Positions 53,001-64,000 of a DNA stretch of 64,000 bases are shown one piece after another (the stretch's first letter is position 1; each line of letters starts with the position of its first letter). The notes beneath the pieces were generated by a model. That model worked only from the letters and a program-made list of their open reading frames with translations, searched no databases and had not been told where the DNA came from. A program made the position numbers and the translations under genes. This DNA comes from Eledone cirrhosa (taxonomy: Eukaryota): assembly GCA_964016885.1 (NCBI GenBank), contig OZ024743.1, positions 266,476,001-266,540,000 of the forward strand, read 5' to 3'.

Positions 53001-55532
53001 GACGGGCGCATGCTACTCGATCCCGGGCAAATGTGTGAAGCTTTTCAGCGACACTTCGCTCAGCTGTTCGGGGGCAGCGGGGGGCCGGGTAGAGGGATGG
53101 ACTTTAGTGTCTACCTCGACGGACTGCCGCGGCTCTCGGCCACTGAGGCGAAGTGTTGCGAAAAGCCGATAACAGCCGCTGAAGTACGGGAGGCAATGAC
53201 TGGCTGCACAAGGGGTAAATCGCCTGGTTTGGATGGTCTGCCCTATGAACTTTACGTACAGATGCCAGACTTGTTCGGAGGCCTCTTGGCGGACGTCTAC
53301 TGCAACTGGCAACAGAACGGGAGAATTCCCAGTTCTGTGAGCCGAGGAGCGGTGGCACTGCTGAGAAAGGATCCGAACAAGGGGGATAACATAGACAATT
53401 TCCGGCCCATAACTCTGCTAAACACAGAGTTTAAGATTTTGGCCAAGGTGCTAGCAAAGAGGTTGGCGCTTGTCGTTGGTGGTCTGGTGGGAGAGGCGCA
53501 GACATGCGCCATTCCCGACAGATCCATCCACGACAACCTCCACCTCATGCGATACATCGTAGAGAGGGTAGCTAGGGAACCTGGCACGGGTGGGTCCTTG
53601 ATCAATTTAGATCAGTCGAAAGCTTTCGATAGGGTCGACCATCGTTACCTAGCGGCAGTCCTGAGGGCGGCTGGCTTTGGGCCCGTCTTCAGAGGCTGGA
53701 TCGCTGCCATGCACAGCGACATCTGCTCTGTGGTGAGAGTGAACGGTCACCTGTCGGAACCGTTCAACATCATGCGCTCGGTCCGCCAAGGATGTCCCCT
53801 CTCGTCCCTCTTGTACGTATTGACTCTCGAGCCATTACTGCACAAACTGGAGACGTTGAGGGGAGTCCCGCGCGAACTAGGATGCGGAAGATCCGTGTCA
53901 GCATATGCGGACGATGTCACCGTAGTGGTGTCGAACGCCAAACACATCGAGGCGATCGGCACTACACTAAGAGAATACGAAGCGGTGACAGGAGCAATGA
54001 TCAACCAGGAAAAGTCAGTGGGCCTGCAGCTCGGCACCTGGAGAGGCAGGTCCATGCCGTCCAACAGCGTCGTCGGGCGCTGGACGGACGGACCGGTTAA
54101 ATTGCTAGGGGTCTGGTTCGGTCCGGACCTCCAGACGGACAAAAACTGGGACGAGGTGACGAGCAGGGTGGCTTCTCTCACCCAGAAATGGGCGGAGAGG
54201 AAGCTATCCCTGAAAGGTCGAGCGGAGGTGGCTAACGCGTACATCGCGTCTGTCATCTGCTACCGCCTAACCGTCGTACCTTGTCCTAAGCCTCGCCTGA
54301 CTGCGCTGGAGCGTTTGCTCTTTCGCTTTTTGTGGAAGGGACGTGCTCCGATGGTCAGGCGGTCCATCTGTTGTCAACACCCGCTACGTGGAGGGCTGGG
54401 CATGCCGTGGCTGATGATGCGCAGGCACGCGCTCAGGCTACGACATCTCCACCTCTTCCTCGACGGTGATCAGGTGTGGTCGCCGTTTGCTAGACGCGTT
54501 TTTCCCCAGCTCGTTTCCTTGACGGAGCTGCAGTCCTGGGTCAAGCGAAGACCGAGAGGGAGCGCCTGGAGACTGGAATGTCTTCAGGCGCTCACAGCCC
54601 TCGACCAATCAGGCAATGTGATCGGTGGAAACTCCACCTCGGCGTTCTATAGAGGATTAGTGGAGGGGAAGAGCGACGACGTACTTGGGGAAACTCTAGG
54701 CGTCGACGAAAATCAACTAGCCAATCTCTTCGGAAGAACTTTCGGGCCAGGGCCTATGGACAACTTCCAGAAATCTCTGGCCTGGCAGTGCTACCGAGGA
54801 GCCTTGCCAGTTCGGGATAAACTCTACAGGCATGGAGGTGCCGTCAGCCGGGCATGTCCGAGATGCGCGCAGGGCGACGAAACCGTCCTGCACGCACTCG
54901 TCCAGTGTCCGAAAATTGCTGACTTGTGGGTTTATGTCGAACACCTGCTGTCGCGTTTAGGACGGATCCAGCTATCATCTGAGTCCATCGTGAGGATTGC
55001 CCCGCCCTCCTCCTTTAGCCGGGAAGGGCAGGCAGTTTTTATCTGTCTGGTGGCCATGGCGAAAGAGATAGTATGGTGGACACGTTTGAAAGGGCTGAAG
55101 ACGAGCACTTACCTCTTCGGTGATGCTCTGATTGACTTTTTCAAATTTCATTTGAAAAGGAAAATCAGAGTAGAGAGGGAAGTGCTCTCTTCCCAGCATT
55201 TTGTTGAAAGATGGGTGAGAGAAGCAAGAATGGCCCGAGTGAATGGGCCGACTCTGAGTATATATCTGTAAACTAAAGGTGGAAAACTGGGAGAGGGCAC
55301 TTGCCTTGGTGGTCAGGGTCATTGTGGCTTTTTACTGGGCTTTCTCCACAAATGTCCCTCCGAAGTCTCCCCCCTATTGGGGAATTTTTCATTGTTATTT
55401 TCATTGTTATTTTTGTTACATCCTCTGTTTTTGTTTTTTTTACACGCAGAAATGCCCATTTGTACCGTCCTGCATTGTCCTGCACTGTCCTTAATGTCTA
55501 CTTTATGTAAACCCTTGTGGTTAATAAAGAAA

Positions 55533-55534
<2 letters not shown>
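50072..55534 (+). mobile_element. Tx1-A copy 3 (duplicate of copy 2; extra 17-bp ORF1 deletion near 51444)
   Basis: Offset changes from 9484 to 9467. Flanked by ATT tracts 50049-50071 and 55535-55597. Confidence 0.94.
52425..55271 (+). CDS. 948-aa open frame encoding an endonuclease-deleted RT + zinc finger
   Basis: Start ATG placed in frame by the deletion junction. All RT motifs intact. Expression unknown. Confidence 0.65.
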   Translation: MRIGSSRSYLDRVFCREIDRSSIGCPQFKIVSYTDHKFVICVLDLDRLHRRGPGYWKLNASLPARKAYRDRISELVKRALTGAIVNNKWWFALKRAIRIESIRFSKALAIEKNRAEGELVRKLDEALSKGIATDVLAAKLALDQFFNAKHEGCVVRARVRALRHEGTKAVQWARVAEARRGNKATIRSLVDHDGRMLLDPGQMCEAFQRHFAQLFGGSGGPGRGMDFSVYLDGLPRLSATEAKCCEKPITAAEVREAMTGCTRGKSPGLDGLPYELYVQMPDLFGGLLADVYCNWQQNGRIPSSVSRGAVALLRKDPNKGDNIDNFRPITLLNTEFKILAKVLAKRLALVVGGLVGEAQTCAIPDRSIHDNLHLMRYIVERVAREPGTGGSLINLDQSKAFDRVDHRYLAAVLRAAGFGPVFRGWIAAMHSDICSVVRVNGHLSEPFNIMRSVRQGCPLSSLLYVLTLEPLLHKLETLRGVPRELGCGRSVSAYADDVTVVVSNAKHIEAIGTTLREYEAVTGAMINQEKSVGLQLGTWRGRSMPSNSVVGRWTDGPVKLLGVWFGPDLQTDKNWDEVTSRVASLTQKWAERKLSLKGRAEVANAYIASVICYRLTVVPCPKPRLTALERLLFRFLWKGRAPMVRRSICCQHPLRGGLGMPWLMMRRHALRLRHLHLFLDGDQVWSPFARRVFPQLVSLTELQSWVKRRPRGSAWRLECLQALTALDQSGNVIGGNSTSAFYRGLVEGKSDDVLGETLGVDENQLANLFGRTFGPGPMDNFQKSLAWQCYRGALPVRDKLYRHGGAVSRACPRCAQGDETVLHALVQCPKIADLWVYVEHLLSRLGRIQLSSESIVRIAPPSSFSREGQAVFICLVAMAKEIVWWTRLKGLKTSTYLFGDALIDFFKFHLKRKIRVEREVLSSQHFVERWVREARMARVNGPTLSIYL

Positions 55535-55597
<63 letters not shown>

Positions 55598-57627
55598 GTT
55601 CTTTGAGTCTCAGTCATTGATGTTAGTTAACTGGAAAGTTTGTTGAAATGAATATCAAGCCACTACCTGCAGCCTCAGATATTCAGGACGTATCGGAGGG
55701 TTCTTGCTGTTCCCAGCAAGCATGCCTTTTGAAGCGTTCCAAAAAGCGTGGCGGGGCCAATTTTCTTTAACCGTCTCTGGAAACATTTTGAGATAGTACC
55801 TAGTGCGCCTATGACAATCGGGACCACTTTGACTTCATGGCAGTTCCAAATCCTTTTTACCTCCCACTTTAAGTCCTGGTATCGGTTAATTTTCTCCCTC
55901 TCCTCTCTTGCACTCTCGTGTCGAATGGGCAGGCCACATCTACAATCAGGCACGATCTTTTTTCCTTGTCCAAAACCACCAGGTCAGGTCTATTGTGTTC
56001 CAGTTTCTTGTCCGTCTGTATCCTAAAATCCCACAGCACCTTCACCTAATCGTTTTCTATCACCGATTCTGGCTTATGCTCATACCACTTCTCAGGATGT
56101 GGTAAATTGTTTACTTTGCATAGGTGCCAGTCGATCACCCTGCCCATCACATCATGTCTCCAGCCTTTATAGTGAGTCTGGGCTAGGTGTTTACACTCGG
56201 ATACAGTGTGAGCCAAAGTCTCCTCTCTCTCTCCACAGATCCTGCACAGTGGGCTAGCATCCTCCTTGTAAATATGGTGTTTCAACCACTTCGTTTTGAG
56301 GACCTGCTCTTGCGCAGCCATTAGCATTCCTTCTGTAGCCTTTTTAAGGTCTCCTCTTTTCAACCAGTTCCATGTCTGTGGATCTCGGAATTCAGTTTTC
56401 TCAAAGAAGGTACTATGAAGGGATTTTTCATGAAGGCTGCTCTTTCTCCTTGTTGTTATTTCCTCCTTGGACATCCCCTGGTCTATTGTCCTCTCGTTCA
56501 GTACAATTCTGAGCATTGGCTCCTTACTATCAGTCACGTAATTGTGTAGGTTGTTTTTCTCCATCTGAACACAGTCCTCTATGCTGATAAGACATCTTCC
56601 ACCTTCAGATCTCCTTAAGTAGAATCTATCGACATCACTCCTCTTGTGGAATATGTTGTAGATAGTCAATATCTTCCTAGTCTTCCTATCCATTTCTTTT
56701 TGTTCAGCAACATTCCATCTCAGAATTCCCGCACTGTACCTAATAATAGACACAGCTCGGGAATTTACTGCGCTTATGGCATTTCTGCTGTTCAGATGTG
56801 ACTTCAATACGCTCCTTATTCGCCGAATGTATTCAGATATTATCAATTCCTTCATTTTTTTTGTTCTTGATGTCATCAGCCTCCAGAACACCCAAATATT
56901 TGTATCCTTCTTCGGTGTCAATTTCTTTTATCATCTCACCTGTTGGTACCTGGATTCCGTTGATTCTGCTCAATTTACCCCTCTTAATCACAAGGACTCC
57001 ACACTTACTAATACCAAATTGCATACATATATCATTGCTGAAAATACGGACAGTGTCAAAAAGCACATCCAACTTCTTCTCCCTCTTCCCGAAGAGCTTA
57101 TGATCGTCCATGAAGAGGAGGTGATTGATGGTAAGCTCTCCCTTTCCCAACTTGTATCCTGTGCCCACTTTTCGCAGTATAATGGTCAGGGACATCAGGG
57201 CAAGGACAAAACAACAGAGGGGACAGACTATCTCCCTGGAAGATACCTCTCTTGATCTTCACGCCTCCTAAGGATTCTCCAGCTGATGTTAACTCTGTTT
57301 TCCAGGACTTAATACTTTTGCCCAACAACTGTCTGATGTTATCTGCCACCCTGAAGATCTCTAGGCTTTTGGTTATCCAAGAATGAGGTACCATGTCGAA
57401 TGCCTTTTTGTAGTCTATCCATCCCATGGCAAGACCAGTGTGTCTCCTCTTGCAATTCCTAATTACCATCTTATCAATAAGTAACTGGTCCTTTGTACCA
57501 CGGGACTTCTTTCGGCATCCTTTCTGTTCGTTCGGTAACAAGTTGTTTGTGTGGAGGTGATGGTAGATTTCCTCAGACATAATGCTTGTCAACAGTTTCC
57601 ACATTACGGACAGACATGTGATAGGTC
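55598..57627 (-). mobile_element. Dong/R4-like family B, copy 1 (5'-truncated, decayed)
   Basis: RPITCL...[47 protein letters not shown] and VPIVIGALG. Clearly diverged from family A. Confidence 0.92.
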
Positions 57628-57652
57628 TATTATTATTATTATTATTATTATT

Positions 57653-60600
57653 GGCAACCTACGTAGTAAATCGTATCATCGTGAGCTCCGCAAAGGTTTG
57701 TTGTTTCCGTTTGTTAAAAATTGCCATTTATGGAAATTTTTTATTGTTAACTGTATATAAGCGCACATACATTGTTTTCCGAAAAGGACACCCAAAAAGA
57801 TTGGGGCCTTGTGCCCAAAATTTAAACTTTTATGATTATCAAAAAATTTCTTTGAAAGAATCATGGCTGATTCACCTCTGCACCAAGCAGCTGAGAGCCT
57901 ACCTCACAAACTAACACCTCACACCGACACCACCATTGTAAATGTTACTTCTTTTGCCAACACTAAACATTTAAGCAGTAGCAATATTTTAAATTTGTCT
58001 CAGGCAGACATTCATTTCCCGCCATTACCAATGACTGCAGGTGTTAAAGCCGCCACCACCACCACCACCGCGACAACCACCCCACCCACCACCACCGCGA
58101 CAACAGAAACAAAAGAAAAAAATTAAATAACTCGTGATGTCGAAATGAATTCAACCAAAATGAACTCTTCCACACCGAACACCACTGACGCCACCACCAT
58201 CACAACTGAAACTAAAATTAATAATAACAAAAATAACGATAACAACAACAGCAACGATGACATTAAGAAAACCACCCTGAGTTTTGCCAGAGTAGCAAAA
58301 CAGTGCGAAGCATTTCAGGTAACTCAGGAGTAATTGGAAGATGCCAAAAAAATGGTAAAGAAAGATGGGTACAGGGTCAGCCCCCCCCCCCCCCCCCCAC
58401 ACACACACACCTAATAAAATGGAGATCGACGCCTATGCACCGTGTATTATCGAACAATTAATGTAAAATCACGTCGAGTGGAACGGGCATCCGAGTCCCA
58501 AATCCAAAAAGCTTTGGGACATGTGTGGGCAAGAAAAACCCACATCAGACGTGGGCAAAAGTATGGAACCGTGGACGTGTTCTTTGAAACACCAGAGGAG
58601 GCTAGAGAACACTCTATGGCCCAATTAAGAAGTGACGACTTCACACTCGTCCCAAGCTATTGTGGCCAGAGACTCGTAAAGATCAGGGTGATTCACGTTC
58701 CACCGGCCATCGAAATTCCCTAGCTAATAGCTACCGTCCTCGCCGGCATCGAAGCCAACACCAAGATAATAGCAATAGCGAAAGAAAAGCAGGACAACTG
58801 ATCCGGATCTGGGATGGAGCTCCTGATCCAAGCGGACCAAAAAAGCATTGAGGAGATCCCAGAGGTAATAGACCTCACTGACGGCAGCCACCTCACTGTA
58901 ATTGTCGAGGGCAGAAGGCCTAGGTGTGTCGTTTGTGGTGAAGGAACCCACCTAAAGGCTTTCTGCCCTCAGGCTAAAAGGTTGAGGCCACCTCCCCTAC
59001 CCACACCAGTGACTCAACCATCAACACCACCAGCAGCAACAACTATAGCAGCAACAACAGAAGCATCTATAACAGCAACAACCCCAGCAACAGTAGGAAA
59101 ACCAACACCACCACCACCCAACGCTTCAGAACTAGCGCCAGCGCCTACACCATCCACCACGCCACAACCAAAACTAACGCCAGTGGACGATTTTCCAATC
59201 CCGGCCTATCACAACTGGAGACAGATTGTGACGACGAGGAGTGGGAAACCGTATCAGGAAAAAAGAAAAAAAGAAACCAAAAAAGAAAAAAATTATTTTC
59301 CTTCCCCCTCCAAAAACAAAATATAGAGGGAAACAAATAAACTATCAAACAAAAAAGTTAGGACAGACATGCCACCATCCACACCAGCATCACAAACCCC
59401 ATCATCCCAAACACCAACACAATCACCATCATTAACCCCAACACCACCATCACCTACACCACAAAAGTCACCAAAATGCGAAACAGAAACAAACCCACAA
59501 CAAACGCGAACAAAACAAAACAACCAAAACGATACACACTACACAGCATTAAATTTGAACAACAACCTTATGGTGTCGATAAAATAAAGTACCAGTAATA
59601 CACTGGTTAATTGCTGGCCTTGTGCCAAAAGTAGAAACAATTAAATTTGAACAACAACCAATTATTACACTACATCCAACACAACACCAGCATCACAGAA
59701 AAAGACTACACAACAATCAAAAAATTCACACCACCTCACACATACAAATCACTCGCATCACACAGAAAACGTACATGACACTAAAACAAAAATTCCCCAA
59801 AGACATCGGAGACTTCCGACAAGCACTCTCCAGGAGGATTTATAAGGACATCCTTCCTGAGGAGGCCACAAGCAGTAAAAAGGATGGAGAAACCGTCCTT
59901 CCTCTACGAGAAGTAAGGTAAGTGGTATTTCCCATCTTTTCCACTCCATTTCAACATGACCTCACTCAGAATAGGCAGCATAAATGCGCGTGGCTTGGGG
60001 TCGTCATGGAAGCAGAGCCACCTGCTCAACGACCTCAGGTCACTAAACATAGATGTAGTGGCCATCAGCGAGACCAGAATCTCCGAAGCACGGGCCTTCG
60101 CACCGATCTTCGGCGGCTACGATGTGTACGCATCTCCCAGCTGTCCGGGATCGGGGGGTGGAGTTGCTGTGCTTTTTCGGAGAGGTTTGGATCTTGCCAT
60201 ACGGGCCATCTTCCTGGACCCAGAGGGTAAGTTGGTGGTGCTGGACGTGACCAGCGGAGACGGGCAAGCTTTCAGGTTAGTGGCCGTCTATGACCCGACA
60301 GGAGCAGGGCGGCCTGATTTCTTCCGGCGTCTGGAGACCTTTCTTGGAACGTCCCGCTCTTTAGTGTAGTGGGCGACTGGAACGGGATCTTAGATGCACG
60401 CTGGGACTGTGTGGGATTAGTGGATAGAGGAGGAAGGTGCAAGAGTCTCACCAACCTGCTCAGGCGTTTTGAACTGTCTGACAGGTACTGATTGGATTTC
60501 CCGAATGTGCCAATGTGGACTTGGACAAATCGCATTGGGTCATCCAGATCATATCTAGATAGAGTATTTTGTAGGGAAATAGATAGGTCTAGCATAGGCT

Positions 60601-63575
60601 GTCCACTATTTAAGATAGTCAGCTACACGGATCACAAGTTCGTGATCTGTGTGCTTGACTTAGATAGGCTTCATAGACGAGAACCTGGCTACTGGAAGCT
60701 AAACACGTCCTTACCAGCGCGCAAGACCTACAGGGACCGGATTAGCGAACTAGTTAAGGGAGCGTTGACGGGGGCCATCGTCAACAACAAGTGGTGGTTT
60801 GCTCTGAAAAGAGCAATTAGAATAGAGTCCATTAGGTTTAGTAAGGCTTTAGAAATAGAGAAAAATAGAGCAGAGCGAGAATTAGTTAGAAAATTAGACG
60901 AGGCGCTTAGCAAAGGCATCGCGACCGACGTATTGGCCGTTGACCAATTCTTCAATGCAAAGCACGAAGGCTGCGTTGTCAGAGCTAGCGTGTGTGCTCT
61001 CAGACACGAGGGGACGAAAGCCGTTCAATGGGCCCGAGTGGCGGAGGCGTGTCGTGGCAACGAAGCCACAATCCGGTCTTTGGTGGCCCATGACGGGCGC
61101 ATGCTACTCGATCCCGGGAAAATGTGTGAAGCTTTTTAGCGACACTTCGCACAGCTGATCGGGGGCAGCGGCGGGCCGGATCGAGGGATGGACTTTAGTG
61201 TCTACCTCGACGGACTGCCGCGGCTCTCGGCCACTGAGGCGGAGTGTTGCGAAAAGCCGATAACAGCCGCTGAAGTACGGGAGGCAATGACTGGCTGCAC
61301 AAGGGGTAAATCGCCTGGTTTGGATGGTCTGCCCTATGAACTTTGCGTACAGATGCCAGACTTGTGCGGCGGCCTCTTGACGGACGTATACTGCAGCTGG
61401 CAACAGAACGGCAGTATTCCCAGCTCTGTGAGCCGAGGAGCTGTGGCGCTGCTGAGAAAGGATCCGAACAAGGGGGATAATATAGATAATTTCAGGACCA
61501 TAACTCTGTTAAACACAGAGTTCAAGATTTTGGCCAACGTGCTAGCAAAGAGGTTGGCGCTTGTCGTTGGTGGTCTGGTGGGAGAGGCGCCATCCCGACA
61601 GATCCATCCACGACAACCTCCACCTCATGCGATACATCGTAGAGAGGGTAGCTAGGGAACCTGGCACGGGTGGGTCCTTGATCAATTTAGATCAGTCGAA
61701 AGCATTCGATAGGGTCGACCATCGTTACCTAGCGGCTGTCCTGAGGGCGGCTGGCTTTGGGCCCGTCTTCAGAGGCTGGTTCGCTGCCATGCACAGCGAC
61801 ATCTGCTCTGTGGTGAGAGTGAACGGTCACCTTTCGGAACCGTTCAACATCATGCGCTCGGTCCGCCAAGGATGTCCCCTCTCGTCCCTCTTGTAGGTAT
61901 TGACTCTCGAGCCATTACTGCACAAACTGGAGACTTGAGAGGCGTCCCGCGCGAACTATGATGCGGAAGATCCGTGTCAGCATATGCGGACGATGTCACC
62001 GTAGTGGTGTCGAACGCCAAACACATCGAGGCGATCAGCACTACACTAAGAGAATACGAAGAGGTGACAGGAGAAATGATCAACCAGGAAAAGTCAGTAA
62101 GCCTGCAGCTCGGCACCTGGAGAGGCAGGTCCATGCCGTCCAACAGCGTCGTCGGGCGCTGGACGGACGAACCGATTAAATTGCTAGGGGTCTGGTTCGG
62201 TCCGGACCTCCAGACGTACAAAAACTGGGACGAGGTCACGAGCAGGGTGGCTTCTCTCACCCAGAAATGGGCCGAGAGTAAGCTATCCCTGAAAGGTCGA
62301 GCGGAGGTGGCTAACGCGTACATCGCGTCCGTCATCTACTACCGACTGACCGTCGTACCTTGTCACTGCGCTGGAGCGTTTGCTCTTTCGCTTTTTGTAG
62401 AAGGGATGCGCTCCGATGGTCAGGCGGTCCATCTGCTGTCAACACCCGCTACGTGGAGGGCTGGGCATGCCGTGGCTGATGATGTGCAGACACGCGCTCA
62501 GGCTACGACATTTCCACGTCTTCCTCGACGGTGATCAGGTGTGGTCGCCGTTTGCTAGACACGTCTTTCCCCAGCTCGTCTCCTTGACGGAGCTGCAGTC
62601 CCGCGTAAAGCAAAGACCGAGAGGGAACGCTTGGAGACTGGAATGTCTTCAGGCGCTCACAGCCCTCGACCAATTGGGCAATGTGAACGGTGGAAACTCC
62701 GCCTTGGCGTTCTATAGGGGATTAGTGGAGGGGAAGAGCGACGACGTACTAGGAAAAATTCAAGGCGTCGACGAAAATCAACTAGCCAATCTCTTAGGAA
62801 GGACTTTCGGGCCGGGGCCTATGGACACCTTCCAAAAATCCCTGGTCTGGCAGTTCTACCGAGGAGCTTTGCCAGTTGGATAAACTCTACAGGCATGGAG
62901 GTGCCGTCAGCCGGGCATGTCCGAGATGCGCGCAGGGCGACGAACGTCCTGCACGCACTCGTCCAGTGTCCGAGCATTGCTGACTTGTGTGTTTATGTCG
63001 AACACCTGCTGTCACGTGTAGGACGGATCCGGTTATCAGCTGAGGCCATCGTGAGGATTTCCCCGCCCTCTTACTTTAGCCGGGAAGGGCAGGCAGTTTT
63101 TATCTGTCTGGTGGCCATGGCGAAAGAGATAGTATGGTGGACACGTTTGAAAGGGCTGAAGACGAGCACTTACCTCTACGGTGATGCTCTGATTAACTTT
63201 TTCAAATCTCATTTGAAAAGGAAAATCAGAGTAGAGAGGGAAGTGCTCTCTTCCCAGCATTTTGTTGAAAGATGGGTGAGAGAAGAAAGTATGGCCCGAG
63301 TGAATGGGCCTACTCTGAGTATGTGTCTTTAAATTAAAGGTGGAAAACTGGGAGAGGGCACTTACCCTGGTGGTCGGGGTCACTGTGTACTTTTAATGGG
63401 CTTTCTCCACAAATGTCCCTCGGAAGACTCCCCCCTATTGGGCAATTTTTCATTGTTATATATTACATCCTCCATTTTTTTTACACGCAGAAATGCCCAT
63501 TTGTACCGTCCTGTATTGTCCTGTACTGTCCTTAATGTCTACTTTATGTAAACCCTTGTGGTTAATAAAGAAAAC
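57653..63575 (+). mobile_element. Tx1-B copy 2 (full length, heavily decayed; ORF1 57863-59921, ORF2 59956-63332)
   Basis: Starts at ATT|GGCAACC and ends AATAAAGAAAAC|(ATT)n. Many stops. Flanked by tracts 57628-57652 and 63576-63623. Confidence 0.92.
59568..59639 (+). mobile_element. 5'-truncated SINE inserted in Tx1-B ORF1
   Basis: 3' half of the SINE, flanked by an 18-20-bp direct repeat ATTAAATTTGAACAACAA(CC). Absent from copy 1. Confidence 0.88.
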
Positions 63576-63623
63576 ATTATTATTATTGTTATTATTATTA
63601 TTATTATTATTGTTATTGTTATT

Positions 63624-64000
63624 CCTTGAATCTCAGTCATTGATGTTGGTTAACTGGAAAGTCCGTTGGATTGAATATCAAGCCACTACCTGCAGCCTCA
63701 GATATTCAGGACGTATCGGAGGGTTCTTGCCGTTCCAAGCAAGCATGCCTTTTGAAGCGTTCCAAAAAGCGTGAAGGGGCCGATTTTCTTTAACCATCCC
63801 TGGAAACCTTTGGAGATAGTCCCCAGTGCGCCTATGACAATCGGGACCACTTTGACTTCATGGCAGTTCCAAATCCTTTTCACCTCCCACTTTAGGTCCT
63901 GGTATCGGTTAATTTTCTCCCTCTCCTTCTCTTGCACTCTCGTGTCGAACGGGCAGGCCACATCCACAATCAGGCACGATCTTTTTTCTTTGTCCACAAC
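63624..64000 (-). mobile_element. Dong/R4-like family B, copy 2 (3' end; continues beyond the window)
   Basis: IVDVACPFD...EKINRYQDL...VPIVIGALG. Same 3'UTR as the copy at 55598. Confidence 0.9.

Overview
Animal nuclear DNA made almost entirely of transposable elements. I can support no host gene. The SINEs resemble, from memory, octopod cephalopod SINEs (unverified). Two arrays of non-LTR retrotransposons (1-15232 and 36557-64000) are stacked end to end, and every junction is a (TAA/ATT)n microsatellite. Two unrelated lineages share this target with strictly opposite polarity. Dong/R4-like elements with a restriction-like endonuclease (RLE; families A and B, 5 copies) always run with the TAA strand. 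Tx1/L1-like elements with an apurinic-type endonuclease (APE; 5 full-length copies) always run with the ATT strand. The Tx1-like copies carry two different 5'UTR/ORF1 modules on a nearly identical ORF2. One copy (9182-15211) has intact ORF1 and ORF2. A 9484-bp Dong+Tx1 unit is tandemly duplicated and carries an endonuclease-deleted RT. The AT-rich middle (15.2-36.5 kb) holds three decayed Penelope-like elements, four hammerhead ribozyme motifs, tRNA-derived SINEs, a non-autonomous Helitron, foldback elements and microsatellites. All coordinates and counts were read by eye.
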